Source of the DNA: Hyphomicrobiales bacterium | GTDB lineage: Bacteria; Pseudomonadota; Alphaproteobacteria; Rhizobiales; Devosiaceae | DNA: 64,000 bases | Reading direction: 5' to 3' | NCBI GenBank assembly: GCA_027066315.1 | Contig: JAMONZ010000094.1 | Location: forward strand, 2,342-66,341 | Shown: piece by piece, positions 37,554-47,124 of the stretch | Layout of the letters: the number at the start of each line of letters is the position of its first letter | Position numbering within the stretch: position 1 is the first letter of the stretch | Position numbers and translations under genes: made by a program | Notes under the pieces: model-generated | What the model saw: the letters and a program-made list of their open reading frames with translations, nothing else | What the model was told of the DNA's origin: nothing | Database searches by the model: none

Positions 37554-38762
37554 TTATTCTTTGGTCTGTTTTTCTTCAACTAACAAGACATTACCCTCGG
37601 CCGCTAATAGAGCCAAACGTTTTTTGCCATCTTCTACGGCATCACGTATTTCGGCTGAATTTTGGGTAGAAAGAGTGCGCATTTCAGTAATAATTGTGCG
37701 AGATTTTTCTTGAAAGCTGATAACTGAATCGAGCAGTTTTTTAACGGCATCGGCACGAATTGTTGGGCCGTAACCTGCCTTAATTGCTTCGGTTTGTACC
37801 TTGTCACCAATTTCTGAAAGTGTTTCTAGCGATTTAGACATTCCCTCTTTCATTGCGTTTAGTGTTTTTGTGCTTTCGTGCAGGCCAAACATACCCGTAA
37901 ACGAAGCAGAAAGTGCAGTTAAAACGGTTTCATTAGTTGAAAAAAACGAAATAGATTGCTGATAAACTCGCTCTTTAGCGTTGGTTGTTTGCATAAGGCG
38001 AGCCATCACAACTTCAGAGGTATGATAAGAAATGGTGAGATTATCTGAAAGATCTTTTGCAATTTGATAACGTCGCTCTTCGCTTTGTAATTCACGTAGC
38101 CGCTCATCTCGTGCCATTTCAAGTCTAGCACGATCTGCCGGAGTTCCCTGTGAGAAACTGCTAAGTTCTTTTGATATTTTACTAAGTGTTTCTTTACGCT
38201 CGTTAAGTTTGTTTTCTGCTGTTTGCAAAACTTCGAGTGCCATTATTTCACTCTGTTTTAACGCACCTCGAAAATCACGATATGCTTCTAAAATTGTAAA
38301 TTCTCTTTGGATTTGATCTTTTGTGTCTTTTGAAACATCAATATAAACATCTCGGATTTTATCAAAGCGAGTAGCAATATCACCACGAGAAACCTTCATC
38401 CATACGTTTGAAGCCCTCTCTAAAATATCAAGTTTGCCATCATCTAATTGGTCAACAAGGCCTTTGGCATCTGAGCGAATAGAATCAAAACCCTTGGTTA
38501 TGTCTTCATATCGCTCACCAACATTCATTGCGGCAATTTGTTCTCGCACAACTTCGTTGAAAATTGAGGCTTGTGACAAGGTGCGCCCAATGAGCAGGAC
38601 TTTATCCTCGTCTAACTGGGTTATTTCTTGTAATAGACCTGTAATTGGCTGTTCTTCAGTTTGCTCTGGCCAAAGCCCAAGGTCACGAACAGCACTCATT
38701 GCTTTATCAAGATATTGTAAAGGCTGGTTTAAAAGATCTTTTGCCATTAAATTATTCCCCAC
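37554..38762 (-). CDS. TelA-like (toxic anion resistance family-like) helical protein (first gene of the triad)
   Basis: 402-aa soluble, all-helical protein whose length and architecture resemble TelA/KlaB. Family membership is not verified by a profile search. Confidence 0.45.
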   Translation of the reverse strand: MGNNLMAKDLLNQPLQYLDKAMSAVRDLGLWPEQTEEQPITGLLQEITQLDEDKVLLIGRTLSQASIFNEVVREQIAAMNVGERYEDITKGFDSIRSDAKGLVDQLDDGKLDILERASNVWMKVSRGDIATRFDKIRDVYIDVSKDTKDQIQREFTILEAYRDFRGALKQSEIMALEVLQTAENKLNERKETLSKISKELSSFSQGTPADRARLEMARDERLRELQSEERRYQIAKDLSDNLTISYHTSEVVMARLMQTTNAKERVYQQSISFFSTNETVLTALSASFTGMFGLHESTKTLNAMKEGMSKSLETLSEIGDKVQTEAIKAGYGPTIRADAVKKLLDSVISFQEKSRTIITEMRTLSTQNSAEIRDAVEDGKKRLALLAAEGNVLLVEEKQTKE

Positions 38763-38880
38763 TAAATTATTTTTATTTAAATCACTATTTCAAGTTTTAT
38801 ATATAGGTGCAATTGTAACTCATTCAATAAATGACTATTTTTTTATTTGATGCCAAAAAGTCGCAATATTTGGAGAAAAG

Positions 38881-39360
38881 ATGAAATTTAGTGGAAAATA
38901 TATAATTAACGCACCTCGCCAGCAGGTTTGGGAGGCGTTAAATGACGAGAAAATTTTAAAAGAAACAATTTTTGGTTGTCAAAAAATAGCTTGGGTTAGT
39001 GATAATAAGCTGGAAATAGAGATTTTGGTCAATTTAGGAGTTATGAAAAAGAGCTTTATTGGTGATCTTGAGCTTGCCAATGTGAAAAAGGCAAAAAAAT
39101 ATACGCTTAAGGGCAGTGGTCGAGGGGGCATTTTGGGAAAAGTGCATGCTAGTGCTGATATTGAACTTAAAGATTATGAGCAAGAGAATGGGATAAGAGG
39201 TACATATCTTGAGTTTACAGCAATTGGAGGTGGCTCAAGCGCGATTATGAGTTTGGGGAAAACTATTATTGGCTCAAGCGCACAAAGAATAATTGATCGA
39301 TTTTTTGAACGTTTTGCACAAGCAATGGGGGTTGAAATAACTAGTTTAAAAAAAGAATGA
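38881..39360 (+). CDS. SRPBCC-fold CoxG-family protein
   Basis: MKFSGKYIINAPRQQVWEALND N-terminus and a C-terminal IDRFFERFAQ, typical of CoxG-like proteins. Confidence 0.7.
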   Translation: MKFSGKYIINAPRQQVWEALNDEKILKETIFGCQKIAWVSDNKLEIEILVNLGVMKKSFIGDLELANVKKAKKYTLKGSGRGGILGKVHASADIELKDYEQENGIRGTYLEFTAIGGGSSAIMSLGKTIIGSSAQRIIDRFFERFAQAMGVEITSLKKE

Positions 39361-39433
39361 GTTAAACACTTTTTGTTGAGTTGCTTTTATTTGCGTAACT
39401 TTGCATTTAGATATTCATGCTTTTTAGATATTA

Positions 39434-40687
39434 ATGAATGGACTTTTCATGCGTTTTTCTTTTACCAAAAATATTTTAATTACTTGTTTTGCTTTTTTAC
39501 CAATTAGTGGTTTCGCTCAATCAGACATAAGTCAAATGCCAGATCCAAAAAATTGGGATATGGTGCTTAATGAGGCAAAAGGGCAGAGTGTATATTTTAA
39601 TGCTTGGGGCGGTGCGCCAAATATTAATTCCTATATTGCATGGGTTAGTGATGAAGTTTTTGCTCAATATGGAATAAGGCTTGAACATGTAAAACTCTCT
39701 AATACTGCCGATGCAGTTAATCGTGTTTTAGCTGAAAAAAAGGCTAAACGAAATCAAGGAGGAGCGATTGATTTAGTTTGGATAAATGGTGAGAATTTTG
39801 CCTCGATGAAAAATCAAAATCTTTTGCTTGAAAAAGGCTGGTCTTATGATTTGCCCAATTATTCTTTGGCTGATATTGAGGGTAAAAAGGTTTTGTCTTA
39901 TGATTTTAGTGAACCTGTTGACGGACTTGAAAGCCCATGGGGAACGGCGCAATTCTCATTTTATTATGATAGTGCAGAATTGAGTGAAGTGCCAACAAAT
40001 CTTGATGGTTTGGCAAAATGGATTAAAGAAAACCCCTCTCGCTTTACCTATGCTGATGCTTCTAATTTTATTGGAAATACTTTTTTAAAGCAATTAGCAC
40101 TTGGCTTGATTGATGATAAATCGGTTTTTAGCAAGCCTGTTGAAGAGGCTAATTTTGATAAACTAACAGCTCCACTTTGGGCATGGCTTGATGATATTCA
40201 CCCATATTTATGGCGCAAGGGAAAGATTTTTGCAAGAGATACAACTCATCTAAAAACATTGTTAAGTGACAATGAAATTTCAATTGCCATGACTTTTAAT
40301 CTTGGTGAGGCTTCTTCAGCAATAAAAGAGGGTATTTTACCTAAAACTACCCGCTCATTTGTGTTAGATTATGGCTCAATTGGCAATGCGCATTTTGTTA
40401 CTATTCCATTTAATGCAAATGCAAAAGCTGGTGCGATGGTAGTTGCAAATTTTATGCTTTCGCCAATTGCGCAGGCAAAAAAACTTGATGAAAATATTTG
40501 GGGCGACCCAAGTGTTTTGGCTTATGAAAAACTAAGCGAAAGTGATAAGGTTTTGTTTGACGATTTAACTCAAGGGGCGGCAACTTTGGGAGCAGAAGAA
40601 TTAGGGAAATTAATTAACGAGCCAGATGCGAGTTGGAGCGAGGCGTTTAAAAAAGAATGGTTAAAACGTTATGGTGCGGGTGGATAA
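39434..40687 (+). CDS. ABC transporter periplasmic substrate-binding protein (YnjB-like)
   Basis: Signal peptide, VYFNAWGG...DLVWINGENF motif region, and position upstream of a fused double permease and an ATPase. Confidence 0.65.
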   Translation: MNGLFMRFSFTKNILITCFAFLPISGFAQSDISQMPDPKNWDMVLNEAKGQSVYFNAWGGAPNINSYIAWVSDEVFAQYGIRLEHVKLSNTADAVNRVLAEKKAKRNQGGAIDLVWINGENFASMKNQNLLLEKGWSYDLPNYSLADIEGKKVLSYDFSEPVDGLESPWGTAQFSFYYDSAELSEVPTNLDGLAKWIKENPSRFTYADASNFIGNTFLKQLALGLIDDKSVFSKPVEEANFDKLTAPLWAWLDDIHPYLWRKGKIFARDTTHLKTLLSDNEISIAMTFNLGEASSAIKEGILPKTTRSFVLDYGSIGNAHFVTIPFNANAKAGAMVVANFMLSPIAQAKKLDENIWGDPSVLAYEKLSESDKVLFDDLTQGAATLGAEELGKLINEPDASWSEAFKKEWLKRYGAGG

Positions 40688-40717
40688 ATATTTTAACTTA
40701 GTTTGGAAAAATAACTA

Positions 40718-42394
40718 ATGCTTCGCATTGCACCGATATTTATGATTGCCATACTTATAGGGCCGGTGCTGGCGGGGCTTTTTCATATTATTGTGCCAGC
40801 TTTTGGACATGATCCTGAATTGGGGCAGATTGGGTTTTCTTTGCAGGCTTTTTATGCTTTGAAAATGATGCCTGCAATTATGAAGTCTATTTGGCTAAGT
40901 TATTGGCTTGGTCTGATGACGGCGTTTATATCACTTATGTTGGTGGCGTTTTTTATTGCATCATATCGCAATAGTTATTGGTTTTTAGTGATAAAAACTA
41001 TGTTTAAACCTGTGTTAGCTATGCCCCATGCGGCGGCGGCTTTTGGCTTGGCTTTTTTAATTATGCCATCTGGGTTTATTATTAGGCTTATTTCGCCTGA
41101 ATTAACAGGTTTTATCCGTCCGCCAGATTGGCTGATAATAAATGATCCAGCTGGTTTTGCACTGCTTTTGGGCTTGGTGATTAAAGAAATTCCGTTTTTA
41201 TTATTGGTAATTCTTGCCAGCTTACCTCAAGTTGAGGGGCAATATTCTCGAGTGGCAAGAATTAGCGGTTATGGGAAAAATTATGCGTGGCTAATATCGG
41301 TTTTTCCATTGATATATAAAAAAATCCGTCTGCCAATTTATGCTTTGATTGCCTTTGCAACATCAGTTGTTGATGTTGCACTTATTTTAGGACCTGCTAC
41401 TCCACCTCCTCTTTCAATTCAGATATTACGTTTAATGTCTGATCCTGATTTAACGCAAAGATCAATTGCGGCGGCGGCGGCAATTGTGCAGTTTGGCGTT
41501 ACAATTTTAGCATTAATAACTTGGTGGATTGGTGAAAAAATATTTATCCATTTTGGCAAGAAAATTATAATGAGCGGCTTTCGATTTCAGGGTGATAAAA
41601 TACTAGGTTTTATTGGTTTTGTTGGAGTTGGAGGAGCAATTTTTATGACTTTTGTTGGATTGTTTTTACTTGCACTTTGGTCAGTTTCAGGAATATGGAA
41701 ATTTCCGCAAGTTTTTCCAGCAGAGTTAAGTTTTTCTACTTGGCATAATGAAGCCTCGCAATTGTTAAAGGTTTCGTGGCGAGCTATCATCATTGCATTT
41801 TTTGCTTCATTCATTGCAATAATTTTGGCTTTAAGTAGCCTTGAAAATGAATATCAAAGACAGATAAAATTATCAAAATGGGCTAAATTTATTTTGTTTT
41901 TACCGCTTTTAGTGCCGCAAGTTTCGTTCCTTTTTGGGCTTTTTATTATTTTTTTATGGCATGGGCTTGATGGTAATTATTTCTCACTTATTTTTGCGCA
42001 TCTAATTTTTACTCTTCCTTATGTTTATTTATTGCTTAGCGATAGTTGGAATGGTTTTGATATTCGCTATTTAACTAGTGCAAGATTAATGGGTAAAAGC
42101 CAAATGAATGTGTTTTTTAGCATTCGCTTGCCAATGTTATTGCGCCCAATTTTAATGGCTTTTGCGCTTGGGTTTGCAATTTCCATTGCTCAATATTTAC
42201 CTACATTATTGATTGGGGCGGGGCGTTTTCCAACCATTACAACCGAGGCAGTGGCATTAGCAAGTGGGGGTAATAGACGTTTAATTGGCACTTATTCACT
42301 AGTGCAAACCCTACTCCCGTTTGTAGTTTTCGCAATTGCTGCGCTAATCCCTGCATTGTTATTTCACAACAGAAAAGGGCTTAATAATGAGTGA
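40718..42394 (+). CDS. ABC transporter permease, duplicated (YnjC-like)
   Basis: 558-aa polytopic protein with two permease halves. Confidence 0.75.
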   Translation: MLRIAPIFMIAILIGPVLAGLFHIIVPAFGHDPELGQIGFSLQAFYALKMMPAIMKSIWLSYWLGLMTAFISLMLVAFFIASYRNSYWFLVIKTMFKPVLAMPHAAAAFGLAFLIMPSGFIIRLISPELTGFIRPPDWLIINDPAGFALLLGLVIKEIPFLLLVILASLPQVEGQYSRVARISGYGKNYAWLISVFPLIYKKIRLPIYALIAFATSVVDVALILGPATPPPLSIQILRLMSDPDLTQRSIAAAAAIVQFGVTILALITWWIGEKIFIHFGKKIIMSGFRFQGDKILGFIGFVGVGGAIFMTFVGLFLLALWSVSGIWKFPQVFPAELSFSTWHNEASQLLKVSWRAIIIAFFASFIAIILALSSLENEYQRQIKLSKWAKFILFLPLLVPQVSFLFGLFIIFLWHGLDGNYFSLIFAHLIFTLPYVYLLLSDSWNGFDIRYLTSARLMGKSQMNVFFSIRLPMLLRPILMAFALGFAISIAQYLPTLLIGAGRFPTITTEAVALASGGNRRLIGTYSLVQTLLPFVVFAIAALIPALLFHNRKGLNNE

Positions 42395-43019
42395 AGCTGG
42401 CTTGAATTTAAACAATGTTAGAATCAAAATCAATGGCGTTTCACTGCTTAATATTGATGAAAAAATTGCAGATGGAGAAATTTTAACCCTAATGGGGCCC
42501 TCGGGTTGTGGAAAATCTACTCTTATCAATGCTATTTGTGGGTTTTTACCTAAGGGTTTTTCTTGCGAGGGTGAAATAAGTCTTGATGGGCAAAATATTA
42601 CTGATTTGCCTGCTGAAAAACGAAAATTGGGAGTTTTATTCCAAGATCCGCTTTTATTTCCACATTTTGATGTAAAAGAAAATATTATGTTTGCCTTGCC
42701 ATCTGGTGGCGCAAAAAGTGAGCGTTTAGAAAAAGCATATCAGTTGCTCAAAAATGTGAATATGCAAGATTATGCTAGGCGAGATGTAGCAACTTTGTCA
42801 GGTGGACAAAAGGCACGAATTGCATTGGCACGCACGCTGGCATCAAATCCAAAGGCGTTATTGCTTGATGAGCCTTTTTCAAAATTAGACGAAAAATTAC
42901 GAGAAAATGTGCGCCAAAGTGTATTTGAGGTGATTAGAGGGCAAAATCTGCCAACATTGTTAGTAACGCATGATAAGGCAGATGCAAAAGCTACAAATGG
43001 AAAAATAATTACGCTCTAG
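42387..43019 (+). CDS. ABC transporter ATP-binding protein (YnjD-like)
   Basis: Walker A GPSGCGKST, signature LSGGQKARIALAR and Walker B LLLDEPFS. Confidence 0.85.
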   Translation: MSEAGLNLNNVRIKINGVSLLNIDEKIADGEILTLMGPSGCGKSTLINAICGFLPKGFSCEGEISLDGQNITDLPAEKRKLGVLFQDPLLFPHFDVKENIMFALPSGGAKSERLEKAYQLLKNVNMQDYARRDVATLSGGQKARIALARTLASNPKALLLDEPFSKLDEKLRENVRQSVFEVIRGQNLPTLLVTHDKADAKATNGKIITL

Positions 43020-43165
43020 AATGCTGAGTCAAATGCTAATTGTTGCCCAAATCGTCAAAAATAGTAATTTTATACTTGCGCCAAAGACTTTTGCAAGGTT
43101 GAATTGACCTTATCGTAATAGGGCAATCTTAAATGCTCGAAACGAAAACAGGGAGATTATCTTAA

Positions 43166-44209
43166 ATGAATAACACTACAAAAATATTATTGGCTGGTGT
43201 AGCAATTGGCGCAGTGGCTATTGGGGCTTATTATTACCTAAATCAATCAAAAGATGGAGGTGCTGGAGACGTGGCGGCATCAACACCTGCGATTATTTAT
43301 GATCTTGGCGGTAAGTTTGATAAATCATTTAATGAAAGTGCTTATAATGGCGCAAATGGTTGGTCAGAAAAAACAGGTAATGCATTTCGTGAATTTGAAA
43401 TAGCAAATGATGCTCAGCGTGAGCAGTCTTTGCGTAAATTTGCATCATCTGGCTCAAATCCAGTTGTTGTTGCTGGTTTTTCATGGGCTGCGGCTTTAAC
43501 AAAAGTGGCTGCTGAATTCCCAGACACAAATTTTGCTATCATTGATATGGTTGTTGATGCGCCAAATGTGCGTTCAGTTGTATTTAATGAACATGAGGGA
43601 TCGTATTTGGTTGGCGCACTAGCGGCAATGAAATCTGAAACTGGCAAAATTGGCTTTGTTGGTGGCATGGACATTCCATTAATTCACAAATTCTATTGTG
43701 GCTACGCACAAGGTGCTGTTGCAGTGAATCCTGATATTGAATTGTTCGAAAACTATACAGGCACAACTCCTGCTGCTTGGAATGATCCAGTAACTGCTGG
43801 TGAATTGGCAAAGGCTTCATTTAATAAAGGTGCAGATATTATTTATGCTGCTGCTGGTGGCTCTGGCCTTGGTGTGCTTCAGGCCGCTGCTGATATGGGC
43901 AAACTTTCTATTGGTGTTGATAGTAACCAAAACTATTTGCAGCCTGGCTCAGTTTTAACCTCAATGCTTAAACAAGTTGATGTTGCTGTTGCGAATGCCT
44001 TTACTGATGGAACTACTGGTACTTGGACTTCAGGCTTTAATGTTATGGGTCTTGCTAATGGTGGTGTTGGCTGGTCTCTTGATGAGTATAATAAAGATCT
44101 TATCAGTGATGAAATGAAAGCTAAAGTTGAAGAACTTTCAGCTAAAATTATTTCTGGTGAAATTGTAGTTCATGACTACACATCAGATAGCACTTGCCCA
44201 GTTGGTTAA
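43166..44209 (+). CDS. BMP-family (PnrA/Med-like) nucleoside-binding protein of an ABC transporter
   Basis: An N-terminal anchor followed by a BMP-like domain (DKSFNESAYNG...GFVGGMDIPLI). Followed by the cognate ATPase and two permeases. Confidence 0.85.
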   Translation: MNNTTKILLAGVAIGAVAIGAYYYLNQSKDGGAGDVAASTPAIIYDLGGKFDKSFNESAYNGANGWSEKTGNAFREFEIANDAQREQSLRKFASSGSNPVVVAGFSWAAALTKVAAEFPDTNFAIIDMVVDAPNVRSVVFNEHEGSYLVGALAAMKSETGKIGFVGGMDIPLIHKFYCGYAQGAVAVNPDIELFENYTGTTPAAWNDPVTAGELAKASFNKGADIIYAAAGGSGLGVLQAAADMGKLSIGVDSNQNYLQPGSVLTSMLKQVDVAVANAFTDGTTGTWTSGFNVMGLANGGVGWSLDEYNKDLISDEMKAKVEELSAKIISGEIVVHDYTSDSTCPVG

Positions 44210-44227
44210 TCGGTAGGTATTGCTAGT

Positions 44228-45886
44228 ATGACTGAAAAAAGTCAAAAAAATAGACGGCGGTCGGATATTCCGGCCGCTGTTTCATCAAATAGCGATGAAT
44301 TAGCTATTGAGCTTATTAAAATCAACAAACATTTTGGCCCAGTTTATGCCAATAGGGATATTGATTTAAAGATTGCTAAAGGCTCGGTGCATGGAATTGT
44401 GGGGGAGAATGGTGCAGGTAAAACTACACTAATGTCTATCCTTTATGGATTTTACACTGCTGATAGCGGTAAAATAAAAGTTGGTGGCAAAGAGGTTAAA
44501 ATTAAAGATAGCTCGCATGCCCTGCAATTAGGCATTGGCATGGTGCATCAGCATTTTATGTTGGTCGATAATTTTAGTGTTTTAGAGAATGTTATTTTAG
44601 GTGCTGAGGATAGTGTACTGCTTGCGCCATCTAAGAAAAAAGCACGAATTGAGCTTGCCCGTTTGGCAGAAGAGTATGAATTAGAAGTTGATCCAGATGC
44701 TTTGATTGAGGATCTCTCGGTTGGGCAGCAACAAAGAGTTGAGATATTAAAGGCACTTTATCGAGGAGCTGAAATTTTAATTCTTGATGAGCCAACTGGC
44801 GTTTTAACACCGGCTGAGGCGGCGCATTTATTTAGAGTGTTTGATACCTTGAAAAAACAGGGAAAAACTATTGTTTTAATCACTCATAAATTGCGAGAAA
44901 TTATGGCAATAACTGATGAGGTTTCGGTTATGCGTCGTGGTGCTATGGTAAAAACTCTTATTACAAAAGAAACTGACCCATCTGAATTGGCGGAACTCAT
45001 GGTTGGTCGCTCGGTTCTTATGGAGGTTAAAAAAGGTATAGCAAACCCAGGTGATATAAAACTTGAGGTGCGTGATTTAGAGGTAAGCGACGACATTGGA
45101 GTTAAGCGTGTAAAAGGCGTTAGTCTTAATGTAAGAGCTGGTGAAATTGTCGGCATTGCGGGGGTTTCTGGTAATGGGCAATCTGAATTGCTTGAGGCAA
45201 TTGCGGGAATGCGAAAACCTGATAATGGTAAGGTAATTGTTAAGGGGCAGGAAATAGCCTTTAAGGGTGATGATAGTGCGGCAGAGCTACGTTTGGCAGG
45301 GCTAGCGCATGTGCCAGAAGATAGACATGAACATGGTTTGGTTATTTCATTTGAACAATGGGAAAATTCTATTTTAGGATATTCTGATGATGATAAATAT
45401 GGCAAGGGGCTTTATCTATCAGTTAAGGCTTGTAAAAATGAAGCAAAGAAGCAGATTGAAGAATTTGATATTCGTCCACCTAACCCGCTTCTAAAGACTG
45501 CAAATTTTTCTGGCGGCAATCAACAAAAAATTGTGCTTGCTCGAGAAATATCACGTGATCCTGATGTGTTTATTGTTGGTCAACCAACTCGAGGGGTTGA
45601 TATTGGTGCGATTGAATCAATTCATAATCATATAATTGCAATGCGTGATGCAGGTAAGGCAATTTTGCTTGTTTCGGTTGAGTTAGACGAAATTCGCTCA
45701 TTAAGTGATAGAATTATTGTGATGTTTGATGGGAATATTGTTGGAGAAGCTGATCCTGATAAGGTGAATGAGGGTGAGCTTGGTTTGTTGATGGCAGGCA
45801 TTAGCTCACAAGATAAGGATAAGCAAGAAGAGGCTTTTGTAAAAGATAAAATTGCTAATGATCTCGCAAATAAGGGGGCGGTTTAA
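44228..45886 (+). CDS. nucleoside/sugar-type ABC transporter ATP-binding protein, duplicated ATPase
   Basis: Two nucleotide-binding domains (GENGAGKTT; LSVGQQQRVEI; FSGGNQQK). Confidence 0.9.
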   Translation: MTEKSQKNRRRSDIPAAVSSNSDELAIELIKINKHFGPVYANRDIDLKIAKGSVHGIVGENGAGKTTLMSILYGFYTADSGKIKVGGKEVKIKDSSHALQLGIGMVHQHFMLVDNFSVLENVILGAEDSVLLAPSKKKARIELARLAEEYELEVDPDALIEDLSVGQQQRVEILKALYRGAEILILDEPTGVLTPAEAAHLFRVFDTLKKQGKTIVLITHKLREIMAITDEVSVMRRGAMVKTLITKETDPSELAELMVGRSVLMEVKKGIANPGDIKLEVRDLEVSDDIGVKRVKGVSLNVRAGEIVGIAGVSGNGQSELLEAIAGMRKPDNGKVIVKGQEIAFKGDDSAAELRLAGLAHVPEDRHEHGLVISFEQWENSILGYSDDDKYGKGLYLSVKACKNEAKKQIEEFDIRPPNPLLKTANFSGGNQQKIVLAREISRDPDVFIVGQPTRGVDIGAIESIHNHIIAMRDAGKAILLVSVELDEIRSLSDRIIVMFDGNIVGEADPDKVNEGELGLLMAGISSQDKDKQEEAFVKDKIANDLANKGAV

Positions 45887-47124
45887 TGAGCGCACGTAAA
45901 CCATTACCACGCTGGGCAGATGTTGCTTTGCTTCCCGTGCTTAACCTCACACTTGCGTTTTTCATATCTGGTCTTGTGGTTTTAATGGTTGGAGAAAACC
46001 CAATTGAGGCAATGAGCATTCTTGTTTATGGGGCATTTGGATATGGTGAGGGGCTTGGATATACGCTTCATTTTGCCACAAATTTTGTATTTGCAGGCTT
46101 GGCCTTTTCTATTGCCTCGCATGCTGGGCAGTTTAACATTGGGGCAGAAGGGCAGGCCTATATTGCTGGGCTTGGGGCTATTTTTGTAGGCCTTGCACTT
46201 GATGGCACACATTGGTTGCTAGTTTTGCCGCTTGCGATGTTGGGTGCTGGTGCATTTGGTGGATTATGGGGGTTTATTCCAGGGTATTTAGCTGCAAAAC
46301 GTGGCTCGCATGTGGTTATTACTACGATTATGTTTAATTTTATTGCCGCCTCGTTGATGGTCTATTTGCTAAATTATGTGCTTAAAGAGCCAAGTAATAT
46401 GGCACCTGAAAGCCGCTCAGTGGTTGGTGCTGGCAAGATGCCACAGCTTCGTGAATTTTGGGATTTTTTTGGTTATTCGCCCGTTAATGTGATGTTGTTT
46501 GTGGCTATTATAGCACTCTTTGGCATGTTCTTTTTATTTTGGCGAACTGAATTAGGTTATAAAATTCGCACATTGGGGCAGAATCCAAAAGCGGCTCATT
46601 ATGCGGGTATTTCAAATTCAAAAATTATTATGATTTCGATGACACTTGCAGGCGCAATGGCTGGCATGATTGCTATTAATGAAGTTTTAGGAGTGCAGAA
46701 CCGTTTGGTGATTGATTTTGTGTTTGGTTATGGTTTTGTTGGTATTGCAGTTGGTTTAATGGGGCGAAATCACCCAATTGGGATTGCTTTAGCGGCAATT
46801 TTATTTGGTGCGCTTTATCAAGGGGGGCAGGAATTGGCCTTTATGATGCCAGCAATTACTCGTGAGATGATTATTGTTATTCAAGCGTTAGTAATTTTAT
46901 TCACAGGGGCGATGGAGGGGTTGTTCCGCACACCATTAGAAATATTTTTTACTATGATAGATGTGAATAAAAATGGCGGGGGTGTCCCCGTGTCAAGCAC
47001 GGGGCAGGCTCTAGTCGGGAGCGAGAGCGACCAACGGCGACAGAAAAAAGAAAACGGCGGGGGTGTCGGGGTCGGAAGCGAGAGCGACCAACGGCGACAG
47101 AAAAAAGAAAAGCAGGAGGGATAA
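45886..47124 (+). CDS. ABC transporter permease with a ~50-aa repeat-encoded C-terminal extension
   Basis: Polytopic permease up to about ...LFRTPLEIFFTMI. The tail NGGGVPVSSTGQALVGSESDQRRQKKENGGGVGVGSESDQRRQKKEKQEG is encoded by the GC-rich tandem repeat. Confidence 0.85.
   Translation: MSARKPLPRWADVALLPVLNLTLAFFISGLVVLMVGENPIEAMSILVYGAFGYGEGLGYTLHFATNFVFAGLAFSIASHAGQFNIGAEGQAYIAGLGAIFVGLALDGTHWLLVLPLAMLGAGAFGGLWGFIPGYLAAKRGSHVVITTIMFNFIAASLMVYLLNYVLKEPSNMAPESRSVVGAGKMPQLREFWDFFGYSPVNVMLFVAIIALFGMFFLFWRTELGYKIRTLGQNPKAAHYAGISNSKIIMISMTLAGAMAGMIAINEVLGVQNRLVIDFVFGYGFVGIAVGLMGRNHPIGIALAAILFGALYQGGQELAFMMPAITREMIIVIQALVILFTGAMEGLFRTPLEIFFTMIDVNKNGGGVPVSSTGQALVGSESDQRRQKKENGGGVGVGSESDQRRQKKEKQEG
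46975..47111 (+). repeat. GC-rich tandem repeat (units of 80 and 57 nt) with an embedded 7-bp hairpin
   Basis: A perfect 34-nt repeat GCGAGAGCGACCAACGGCGACAGAAAAAAGAAAA occurs at 47021-47054 and 47078-47111. Both units begin GGCGGGGGTGTC. Unit 1 carries an extra 24 nt that include the hairpin CCCCGTG-TCAAG-CACGGGG (46986-47004). Confidence 0.9.

Noticed and set aside
43085-43110. Imperfect palindrome CTTGC-GCC-AAAG-A-CTTT-T-GCAAG upstream of the nucleoside operon, as a possible operator.
   Set aside because: The arms are asymmetrically spaced (3 nt versus 1 nt), and conservation cannot be assessed from this window alone.
46975-47111. The tandem repeat as a CRISPR array.
   Set aside because: There are only two directly adjacent units with no unique spacers and no cas genes. 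It also lies within coding sequence.
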